Shown: piece by piece, positions 1 to 7,798 of the stretch | Layout of the letters: each line of letters opens with the position of its first letter | Position numbering within the stretch: position 1 is the stretch's first letter | Assembly (NCBI GenBank): GCA_964619725.1 | Contig: CAZUFC010000066.1 | Location: forward strand, 1 to 46,856 | DNA from: an uncultured bacterium | GTDB taxonomy: Bacteria; CSSED10-310; CAZUFC01 | Direction of reading: 5' to 3' | Length of the DNA stretch: 46,856 nucleotides | Notes under the pieces: model-generated | What the model was told of the DNA's origin: nothing | What the model saw: the letters and a program-made list of their open reading frames with translations, nothing else | Database searches by the model: none | Program-made: the position numbers and the translations under genes

Positions 1-1
1 C

Positions 2-1312
2 TTAACGAGACTCCTTAGTATAGCGGAACTGGCGAGAAAATCGCCTGAGATGGTACTGACGACGTCGGCACATCACATAGACATCGACTTTCTGCGGGAA
101 GCTTACAGACGAACGAGGAAAGACGGTGCGGTCGGAGTAGATAAACAAACAGCCAAGGATTACGCGAAGAATCTCGAAAAGAATCTGAAAGAACTGCTGG
201 AGCGATTCAAGTCAGGAAAATACAAAGCGCCGCCGGTGAGAAGAACCTACATAGAGAAAAGCGACGGCAAGAAGAAAAGGCCGCCGGGCATACCGACATT
301 CGAGGATAAGCTGCTGCAAAAGGCAGTGCAGATGATATTGGAAGCGGTATACGAACAGGATTTCTACGATTGCTCATACGGATTCAGACCAGGCAAATCA
401 GCACACGGTGCGCTGCAAGCTATCTGGGAAGGATTAACGAAATTAGGAGGAGGATGGGTCATCGATGCAGACATTAAAAGCTACTTCGAGGAAATAGACC
501 ACAAACATCTCAGAAATTTTCTCGACCGACGGGTACGTGACGGAGTGATACGGCGAACCATAGACAAGTGGCTGAAAGCCGGAGTAATGGAAGACAAACA
601 AGTCGTCCACAGAACGGAAGGTACGCCGCAGGGCGGCGTAATAAGTCCACTGCTAGCCGACATATACCTCCATGTGGTGTTGGATGAATGGTTCGAGACT
701 GTGGTAAAGCCGCGACTTAAAGGCAAGGCATTCCTTATCCGATACGCAGATGATTTCGTAATAGTAGTCGAACAGGAAGGAGACGCGAAACGAATAATGA
801 ACGTATTGCCGAAGAGATTTTCTAAATATGGACTGACTATACACCCGGAAAAGACGAAAATGGTTGATTTCAGCAAACCGAACATGAAAGGAAGATCGAA
901 CCGAAGCGGCAAAGGGAAGGTGAAAGCGGGCACATTTGACTTGCTCGGCTTTACCCATTATTGGGGTAAATCAAGGAGAGGAAATTGGATAGTCAAACGG
1001 AAGACGGCGAAAAACCGACTGAGCAGAACGAACAGGAAGATCAACGAATACTGTAAGAGAAACCGGCACAGACCGCTGAAAGAACAGCATCACAAACTGT
1101 CAGCGATGCTCATAGGACACTACTTATATTTCGGACTGACCGGAAACGCGAAATCTCTCAGCAAACTACGGCAAGAAACCATGCGAATCTGGAAGAAGTG
1201 GCTCTCTCGCAGGTCGCAAAAGGGATACCTCACTTGGGAAAAGTTTAAGAAAATAATGGAGAAATACCCGGTACCACAAGTCAAAATGTATCAGTCAATC
1301 TACAGAACGTAG
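2..1312 (+). CDS. ltrA: Group II intron reverse transcriptase/maturase, 5'-truncated by the window, no endonuclease domain
   Basis: Motifs GIPTFEDKLLQ, SYGFRPGKS, DADIKSYF, GTPQGGVISP, RYADD, FDLLGF and the domain X-like GHYLYF. The frame is open from base 2 (LTRLLSIAELARKSPEM...), so the true start is probably upstream. No HNH domain at the C-terminus. Confidence 0.95.
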   Translation, partial: LTRLLSIAELARKSPEMVLTTSAHHIDIDFLREAYRRTRKDGAVGVDKQTAKDYAKNLEKNLKELLERFKSGKYKAPPVRRTYIEKSDGKKKRPPGIPTFEDKLLQKAVQMILEAVYEQDFYDCSYGFRPGKSAHGALQAIWEGLTKLGGGWVIDADIKSYFEEIDHKHLRNFLDRRVRDGVIRRTIDKWLKAGVMEDKQVVHRTEGTPQGGVISPLLADIYLHVVLDEWFETVVKPRLKGKAFLIRYADDFVIVVEQEGDAKRIMNVLPKRFSKYGLTIHPEKTKMVDFSKPNMKGRSNRSGKGKVKAGTFDLLGFTHYWGKSRRGNWIVKRKTAKNRLSRTNRKINEYCKRNRHRPLKEQHHKLSAMLIGHYLYFGLTGNAKSLSKLRQETMRIWKKWLSRRSQKGYLTWEKFKKIMEKYPVPQVKMYQSIYRT

Positions 1313-1329
1313 CGAAACTATGTCCTGAG

Positions 1330-1403
1330 GAGCCGGATGCCTTGATTGGGCAAGTCCGGATCTGTGAGGGGGCTGGGCGAGCAATCGCCCGGCTCTACTC
1401 GAC
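1330..1403 (+). ncRNA. Group II intron catalytic domain V and domain VI
   Basis: GAGCCGGATGCC-TTGATT-GGGCAAGTCCGGATC hairpin with the AGC triad. It is followed by the GGGCGA-GCAA-TCGCCC stem with a GNRA loop and the terminal CTACTCGAC. Confidence 0.9.
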
Positions 1404-1592
1404 AACTCGATTGTCGATTCAAAATTTAATGCTGGACAGTCACTGCGGTTTTTGATCCATAAACGAACGAATTTTTCTTAAGACAAGGATGGTAAGGATT
1501 GGCAAGGCAGGGGTGGGGCTTATACTTTGACTGAGTTAATCCGAAGACAGACTCAGTATTGGGAAAAATTCGCCGTTTATGGACAAAAACTA
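1404..1592 (+). repeat. Composite palindromic repeat, copy A (interrupted by the intron)
   Basis: Colinear with the reverse complement of 4093-4281 (about 80% identity by eye). Internal inverted arms at 1448-1476 and 1564-1590. Confidence 0.88.
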
Positions 1593-1729
1593 ATTAAAAT
1601 CTGTATGATGGATTGTTGCATATTGGTCAAATATTACACAATTTTTTTTCACTTAATGCAGGAAATCCGCTTATACATTGCTAATTCAGTTTACTGTAAA
1701 TTCTGGAATGGAAACATTGCTTTCTTTTT

Positions 1730-1758
1730 TTGACATCCCGTTAATCCGTTCATATATT
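1730..1758 (+). promoter_or_regulatory. Candidate sigma70 promoter of the protease gene
   Basis: TTGACA (1730-1735), 17-nt spacer, TATATT (1753-1758), about 70 nt upstream of the ATG at 1831. Confidence 0.6.
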
Positions 1759-1830
1759 TAAAAGCGCGATGATTCTTGAAACAAAGAGGAATCAGTTCCA
1801 GGGTAAAGGGAAAAACGGAAAGGCAGTGAA

Positions 1831-4095
1831 ATGAAAAACAGAATTTTTTTGACGGTTATTTCTGTGCTGATAATAACGTCTCCGACCGCGTTTTCCGATC
1901 CGCCTCCCACCTTCGATTTGCGTGACGTGGGCGGAGAGAATTACGTGACGTCGGTGAAAAGTCAGTCGGGCGGCACATGTTGGACTCATGGGGTGATGGC
2001 GGCCATGGAAGGCAATTTATTGATGACGGGAGCGTGGGCTGCTGCAGGCGAAACGGGTGAGCCGAATCTGGCGGAGTATCATCTGGACTGGTGGAACGGT
2101 TTCAACGAGCATAATAATGACGATACGGACCCGCCGACCGGCGGCGGTTTGGAGGTGCACATGGGCGGAGATTACCGGGTGGCTTCAGCCTATTTGTCCC
2201 GAGGGGAAGGAGCCGTGAGAGACGTAGACGGTCAATCCTATTATTCGCCGCCCTCGCGCCATGATCCGTCCTATCATTATTTTTATGCTCGGGAGATTGA
2301 ATGGTATACGATTGGGGAGGGATTAAGCGGCATCAATACGATTAAGAACATCATCATGAGTGAGGGAGTGATAGGTACCTGCATGTGTTTCAGCGATTCA
2401 TTCATATCGAATTACAGGCACTATCAACCGCCCGGAAGCGATCTCGATCCCAACCATGCCGTTGCGATCGTGGGATGGGACGACTATAAGACAACCCCGG
2501 CGCCTCAGCCAGGCGCGTGGCTTTGCAAAAACAGTTGGGGGAGTTCCTGGGGATTGAACGGCTATTTCTGGATATCTTATTATGACAAACATGCGTGTCG
2601 TCAACCCGAAATGGGCGCCATATCTTTTCAGGATGTGGAACCGATGCAGTACGACGGCTTCTACTACCATGATTATCACGGCTGGAGAGACGTGAAAACC
2701 GATTGCAGCGAAGCTTTTAACGCCTTTACAGCGGTTAAGGACGATCTCCTGGCCGCCGTATCTTTTTACACAGCGGCTTCAAGCGTGGGGTATAACGTCA
2801 AAATATACGCTGAATTTTCAGGAGGAGAACTGCAGACTCTATTGTCGGAGGAATCGGGAATTCTTCAGTACAGCGGGTTTCATACGATTGATTTAAGCGA
2901 ACCGGTCATGTTGGAGGAGGGACAGGATTTTTATATCTTCCTGTCGCTTTCCGAAGGCGGTCAGCCTTTCGACAGAACTTCTGATGTTCCTGTCCTGTTG
3001 GGAGCCGATTATAAAACTATAGTCGAGTCGTATGCCGAACCTGGTCAGAGCTATTACAAAGAAGGAGGGAGCTGGCTCGATCTTTACTATTCGGATGTTC
3101 CATACAATACGACCGCTAATTTCTGCATTAAGGGTTTAACAAAAGAGCATGGTATTGCGGTCAATCCTGAAACGTCTTTCAAATCTGACGGCGAATCCGG
3201 GGGGCCGTTCGATCCGTCGGAAGGAGGTTACCAGCTCCAGAATAAATTAGATCAGTTTCTGGAATACAATGTTTCTATCGCTCCTTCCGTAGACTGGGCT
3301 GAACTGACCTGTTCAGGTTCCGGATATCTAGCTCCGGGAGCTGATACGAACATTACGTTTAAAATAAATGCCGAAGCTCAATATTTAGAAGAAGGCGTGC
3401 ATCTCGCCGAGATTCAATTTACAAATGTGACCAATCACTATGGCGATACCGTGCGTAAAATTATCCTGTTGGTCGGGCACGAAAGCGTTCATTATGAATG
3501 GACGATGAATGAAGACCCGCAATGGAGCGTCCAGGATTTGTGGGAATTCGGCGAACCGACTGGCCAGGGCGGCGATCACGGCGGACCTGATCCCTCGCAG
3601 GGATTCACCGGCAACAATGTTTACGGCTACAATTTAAACGGAGATTATCAGAATAATCTTCCTGAAAAATACCTGACCACTTCCGCCATTGACTGCACTG
3701 ACTTGTACGGCGTGCAGCTTTCTTTCCAAAGATGGCTTGGAGTCGAGGACCCGGAGTATGACCATGCATATGTTCGGGTGAGCGCTGACGGCGATAACTG
3801 GACTACCGTATGGGCGAATGATGAAGAAATTACCGATTATGATTGGGTTCCCGTTACTTTGGATATTTCGGATGTCGCTGACGATCAACCCGAAGTATAC
3901 GTCAGATGGGTTATGGGAACTACCGACATCGGGTGGGAATATTGCGGATGGAATATTGACGACGTGAGTATAACCGGCATGCGATATTATCCGCCTGCTT
4001 CTGTTCCGGCTCTTTCTTCCTGGGCCGTCATTCTGCTGACGATTCTGCCCTTAGTATTTCAGGCAGTTCGCAAAGGAAGAAGAAATACTCGATAG
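1831..4095 (+). CDS. Secreted C1A (papain-like) cysteine peptidase with lectin-like and other beta-rich domains and an IPTL-CTERM-like tail
   Basis: Signal peptide; QSGGTCW (oxyanion Gln, catalytic Cys), NHAVAIVGWDD (His), KNSWG (Asn), GYFWISYYD; GFHTIDL and NFCIKG as in the lectin-like domain of bacterial C1 peptidases; C-terminal VPALSSW, hydrophobic helix, RKGRR. Confidence 0.9.
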   Translation: MKNRIFLTVISVLIITSPTAFSDPPPTFDLRDVGGENYVTSVKSQSGGTCWTHGVMAAMEGNLLMTGAWAAAGETGEPNLAEYHLDWWNGFNEHNNDDTDPPTGGGLEVHMGGDYRVASAYLSRGEGAVRDVDGQSYYSPPSRHDPSYHYFYAREIEWYTIGEGLSGINTIKNIIMSEGVIGTCMCFSDSFISNYRHYQPPGSDLDPNHAVAIVGWDDYKTTPAPQPGAWLCKNSWGSSWGLNGYFWISYYDKHACRQPEMGAISFQDVEPMQYDGFYYHDYHGWRDVKTDCSEAFNAFTAVKDDLLAAVSFYTAASSVGYNVKIYAEFSGGELQTLLSEESGILQYSGFHTIDLSEPVMLEEGQDFYIFLSLSEGGQPFDRTSDVPVLLGADYKTIVESYAEPGQSYYKEGGSWLDLYYSDVPYNTTANFCIKGLTKEHGIAVNPETSFKSDGESGGPFDPSEGGYQLQNKLDQFLEYNVSIAPSVDWAELTCSGSGYLAPGADTNITFKINAEAQYLEEGVHLAEIQFTNVTNHYGDTVRKIILLVGHESVHYEWTMNEDPQWSVQDLWEFGEPTGQGGDHGGPDPSQGFTGNNVYGYNLNGDYQNNLPEKYLTTSAIDCTDLYGVQLSFQRWLGVEDPEYDHAYVRVSADGDNWTTVWANDEEITDYDWVPVTLDISDVADDQPEVYVRWVMGTTDIGWEYCGWNIDDVSITGMRYYPPASVPALSSWAVILLTILPLVFQAVRKGRRNTR

Positions 4096-4297
4096 TTTTT
4101 GTCAATAAACGACGAATTTCCACCAATGCTGCGTCAGGCTGCGGATTGGCTCAGTCAACTTATAATAAATATGCCTCCTTCGCAAATCCTTGCCTTCCTT
4201 GCCTTAAGAAAAATTCGCTCGTTTATGGATCAAAAAACCAAGTGGCTGTCAAGCATTAAATTTTGAATCGAGATTCGAGTTTTTGGACAGACACTCG
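4093..4297 (-). repeat. Composite palindromic repeat, copy B (complete)
   Basis: Inverted relative to copy A. Fills nearly the whole gap between two convergent genes, and its first TAG is the protease stop codon. Confidence 0.88.
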
Positions 4298-4302
4298 ATA
4301 GA

Positions 4303-6600
4303 TTAATCGGAACCGCGTTTCGTATTCATATGCCACAGAATCAATAAAACAAGATTCAGAATAAACGGAATCATCAGCGTTCTCCTTACCCCTGTCAGAG
4401 GAATGAAAAAAACGCTGATCAATATGGTACCGACGCCGGCGCCCAACAAATCTGCAGCATAGGTCCCGCCGGCCGTTTCTGACGCGCTTTTTCCCTGAAC
4501 AGCGAACGCTTCGGCGCTGAAACGGTATAAAATTCCCTGAAGGAATCCGGAAATGAGGACGAAAAAATAGAGAAGATACTTGCCCCATTTTATTCCGAAA
4601 TATAAAGGAATTTCCGGCTTAATCATGGGAAAACTTATCAGCGCCAACGTCAGTATTCCCGCCGTTTTAATTCCTTTTAAAGGGTCCAGCCGGCGAAACG
4701 CCTTCGACTGATGCGTTATGCTTCCTGCTCCCAGGCCCAGCATGAAAAGAGTAAACAAAATCGCTATAAGCGAATAAATATTTCCGTATATGATCTGAAA
4801 GACCAGTATAAATACTAACTCAAGGCAGATGAAAGTGAATCCGTAGAGGGTCAGTCCGGACAGAAGCAGGAATTTTCGCCTGGATGACTTCCGGCTCACA
4901 ATCGTGGGAATGACCATAAACCCGGCGCTGATGATAATGAAAATCACGGCGATATCCAACTCGGCCAGAAACTTGAACAGATCGCTTAATCCAGACCTCA
5001 GCAATGACGCCCACAGGATAATATTGAAATAATAGCATCTCGGTCTGAAATCCTTGTTGAGAGGTACATTCTTTTTCGACTCCAATTCGGCATGCAACTC
5101 GGAGAGACGGTCAGGCGCCAGTTCAAACGGAATGGTGTACCGGTTGAAATATTCCGTTTCTATGTTCCTTTTTTCAAACCGCCGTATGAGCTCAGACGCA
5201 TCATCGGTGGGATACTCCGAATCAGAAGCGTAAAAACGGGCCGTGCCGCCAGGAAATATCACCACGTAACCAAAAACGCTCTCCAATGATCGTTTCAAAG
5301 AGGACAGATACGATTTCAAATCCTCGGTATAATAGTTTTCCGCTGAAGATGCGTTTAATGCCAATACTCCTTCCGAAGTCAGACGCTCCCTCGCTTCATC
5401 GAAAAATTCCACAGTGTAAAAACGGTTTAATTGCGCATTGATCGGGTCAGGAAGCATTATCAGTATAACGTCGTACCGTTGATCGGATTTTCTTAAGTAT
5501 CCCCGGCCGTCGTCAAAATGAAACCTGTATCGGGTCCTGTCGCGGGGGAAATTCTGAGGTATCAGCTTCAGGGCTGTCCTTACCGTTTGAGGGTCAGGTT
5601 CCGCGTAATCCAGATGTTCCACGGGATGCTTCAGTATCTCCCTGACTGCTCCGGATACTCCGCCTCCAATCAACAGCGCCCTCTTCGGATTCGGATGCTG
5701 AAGCATGCAAAAATGAACCTCTTTCTCCACGATCCATTTGAACGGATGGCTAGCCGTCAGAAAACCGTTTTCAAAAAAAGAAACCTGATCCTCCTGACGA
5801 GTTACCGCTAAATTGCCGTAAAGACCATCCCGGGAAAGGATTAATTCGTAAGGCGACCAGAAATTTGCACGTGTCCAGGTTTCCAGTTTCGACAGAGGTC
5901 CCTGCCAATACGGAAAAGCAGCGATCAGCGCTGAAAATATCAGTATAATCTTGCTTTGCGGGCTCGACGAAGGCGAATGAAAAAAGAGTATTAATAGACT
6001 CATTAACGACAAAACGCAGTAGACCTGGAAAATCGATAACACCGATGCATGACTGGAAAAACATATCCACGTAATTACTCCTCCCAAAGCAGAACCGAAA
6101 CTCTCAAACGCATAAACCGTCGATACGCTTAAACCAGCTCCAAGTCCGCACATCCGAGCCGACCATTCGCTTTCCAATACGAATACCTTCCCCCATATGA
6201 ATCCCACTGGTCCTAAAATCGCCAAAGGAACAAGAAACATTATCCCAGGACCCAATAACTCCCCAGGATGATAGCCCAAACAAAACTTTATGCTTCTTGT
6301 CCCTATTACCGTTATTAAAAAAAGAAATATCTCAGACGCTAAAAATAACGATAGCCGACTTTTCAGTTTTTCGATTCCCCAATTCCCTGACTTCCCGTAA
6401 GAATGCCGACTGCCCGCTCCCACCCAGAATAACCATAACGCCAGCATCATTCCTATGGATAACTCATTACCCGTAAACAATATCAGCATCTCACGCAACA
6501 GAAGAACCTGCGACGTCATCGATGACGCTCCCGTAAATAATACGAGCAATACGCAGCCGAAACCGAATCTCGTCGTTCTGTCACTTGCCGCCGATTTCAT
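4303..6600 (-). CDS. Membrane-bound spermidine synthase-like protein (fused multi-TM/aminopropyltransferase fold)
   Basis: N- and C-terminal TM bundles (GNELSIG, YAFESFGSALGG, YAADLLGAGVG). Central SpeE-like domain: LLIGGGVSG, EPDP, DDGRGYL, LPDP, FYTVEFF. Confidence 0.85.
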   Translation of the reverse strand: MKSAASDRTTRFGFGCVLLVLFTGASSMTSQVLLLREMLILFTGNELSIGMMLALWLFWVGAGSRHSYGKSGNWGIEKLKSRLSLFLASEIFLFLITVIGTRSIKFCLGYHPGELLGPGIMFLVPLAILGPVGFIWGKVFVLESEWSARMCGLGAGLSVSTVYAFESFGSALGGVITWICFSSHASVLSIFQVYCVLSLMSLLILFFHSPSSSPQSKIILIFSALIAAFPYWQGPLSKLETWTRANFWSPYELILSRDGLYGNLAVTRQEDQVSFFENGFLTASHPFKWIVEKEVHFCMLQHPNPKRALLIGGGVSGAVREILKHPVEHLDYAEPDPQTVRTALKLIPQNFPRDRTRYRFHFDDGRGYLRKSDQRYDVILIMLPDPINAQLNRFYTVEFFDEARERLTSEGVLALNASSAENYYTEDLKSYLSSLKRSLESVFGYVVIFPGGTARFYASDSEYPTDDASELIRRFEKRNIETEYFNRYTIPFELAPDRLSELHAELESKKNVPLNKDFRPRCYYFNIILWASLLRSGLSDLFKFLAELDIAVIFIIISAGFMVIPTIVSRKSSRRKFLLLSGLTLYGFTFICLELVFILVFQIIYGNIYSLIAILFTLFMLGLGAGSITHQSKAFRRLDPLKGIKTAGILTLALISFPMIKPEIPLYFGIKWGKYLLYFFVLISGFLQGILYRFSAEAFAVQGKSASETAGGTYAADLLGAGVGTILISVFFIPLTGVRRTLMIPFILNLVLLILWHMNTKRGSD

Positions 6601-7057
6601 GCATGCAGAATCCTGTTCGTTCCGTAGTGAAAGCTTCCTGGAATTTCTTTTTCCTGCGGGAGGAAAAGGCGGGAGGGGACGGAGACTTATTCTCGTCTTT
6701 CCCGTCCCCCGTTTCAGATAGGGTAAAGGGTTGACTGGGTAGGGTTGACATTTAATAATATGACATAAAAAACAAAAGAAATCAACTCAAATTTCAAAAA
6801 AAAACAGTTTTTTTTCAAAAAAAACACAAAAAAATGATTTTTTTGCTCAAAAGTTTCGTCATCCATCATCCTGTCTCTGGTTTTTTGACCTAATGCAACT
6901 TTTTGCAGCCTAAAAAACAGCAAAAACGGCAATAGTTGTAATATATGAAACGGATGGCAACGATAAAGTTGAAAAAATGTAACTTTATGAATCAAGAAGG
7001 TGACGCAGTGGGAGTAAGAGGTTGAATTTAGTCGCGAGGTTTTTTATACTTTAAGGG

Positions 7058-7798
7058 GTGATGGAGGGCGAAAAGAAGATGAAAGAGATATATCGTTGTC
7101 CGAATTGCGGGCATCCAGGAAAGAGTAGACAGAGGAAGTGTGCGAAGTGCGGTTATGTTCGTGAGGGATCGGGAAATCGTTATAAGTTGGTAATGCAATC
7201 GTACAGCGTGGACAAGTCTTCGATAGTATCGGTGGTATCGGCAGCGACGAACAAGATGCCGATGGAGGTCCGGCTGAAGTTAGACCGTTTGCCTTCGGTG
7301 ATAGACGAGGGATTGACGTATGAGGAAGCGAAGGAAACGGCATATCATATATCTCAGGCAGGAGCGGAAGTAATCATCATGTCGGAGGAGGAGAGACTGG
7401 AGGTCAGCGATCATGCGGAGCTGCAGGGGATGGAGCCGGCCCGGAATGCATTGATGCGTCTTCTTCCGTTAATATTTGTAGCGATAGTGGTATTTGTGCC
7501 GTTAATAGCGGACAATTTTGAACGGATAAAGGAAGAGATAAGTCCGATACTGGAGGAGCTGGGAATTGATACAGGAGGTGAATTTGATTATGTTGAGATC
7601 GTTGTTGCGCGGGAGAATATACAGGCTGGTACAGAATTGACGCTGGATATATTGGGAAAGGCGGAAATTCCTTTTGAGAGGGCGCCGGAAGGCGGCGTGG
7701 CGCCTTTGAACGTGAGAAGCTTGTTGGGGAAGAAGGCCTTGAAGGGCATTCCCAGGGGGCTTCCAGTTCTCAGGTCCTATTTCGACGCATCAGAATAA
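7058..7798 (+). CDS. Zn-ribbon / ribosomal L7/L12 CTD-like / TM / SAF-domain protein (start may be 7061 or 7079)
   Basis: CPNC...CAKC; LPSVIDEGLTYEEAKETAYHISQAGAEV resembles the L7/L12 C-terminal domain; one TM helix; VVARENIQAGTELT...LLGKKALKGIPRGLPV resembles SAF/CpaB. Confidence 0.65.
   Translation: MMEGEKKMKEIYRCPNCGHPGKSRQRKCAKCGYVREGSGNRYKLVMQSYSVDKSSIVSVVSAATNKMPMEVRLKLDRLPSVIDEGLTYEEAKETAYHISQAGAEVIIMSEEERLEVSDHAELQGMEPARNALMRLLPLIFVAIVVFVPLIADNFERIKEEISPILEELGIDTGGEFDYVEIVVARENIQAGTELTLDILGKAEIPFERAPEGGVAPLNVRSLLGKKALKGIPRGLPVLRSYFDASE

Larger units (their letters stand above)
1..1403 (+). mobile_element. Group II intron, 3' portion (5' end lies outside the window)
   Basis: RT/maturase ORF followed by a domain V/VI-like sequence ending in the canonical ...CTACTCGAC at 1403. 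Confidence 0.92.

Noticed and set aside
2-1312. RT as a retron, DGR or defence RT
   Set aside because: Domain X motifs and an immediately following domain V/VI identify a group II intron. I saw no TR/VR pair or msr-msd.
1527-1733. 68-aa ORF
   Set aside because: Starts inside repeat copy A, runs through promoter-like AT-rich DNA, and has no recognisable motif.
6760-6850. Clustered poly-A/poly-T tracts as a phase-variation or repeat locus
   Set aside because: They lie in a divergent promoter region with no regular unit; best explained as AT-rich promoter DNA.
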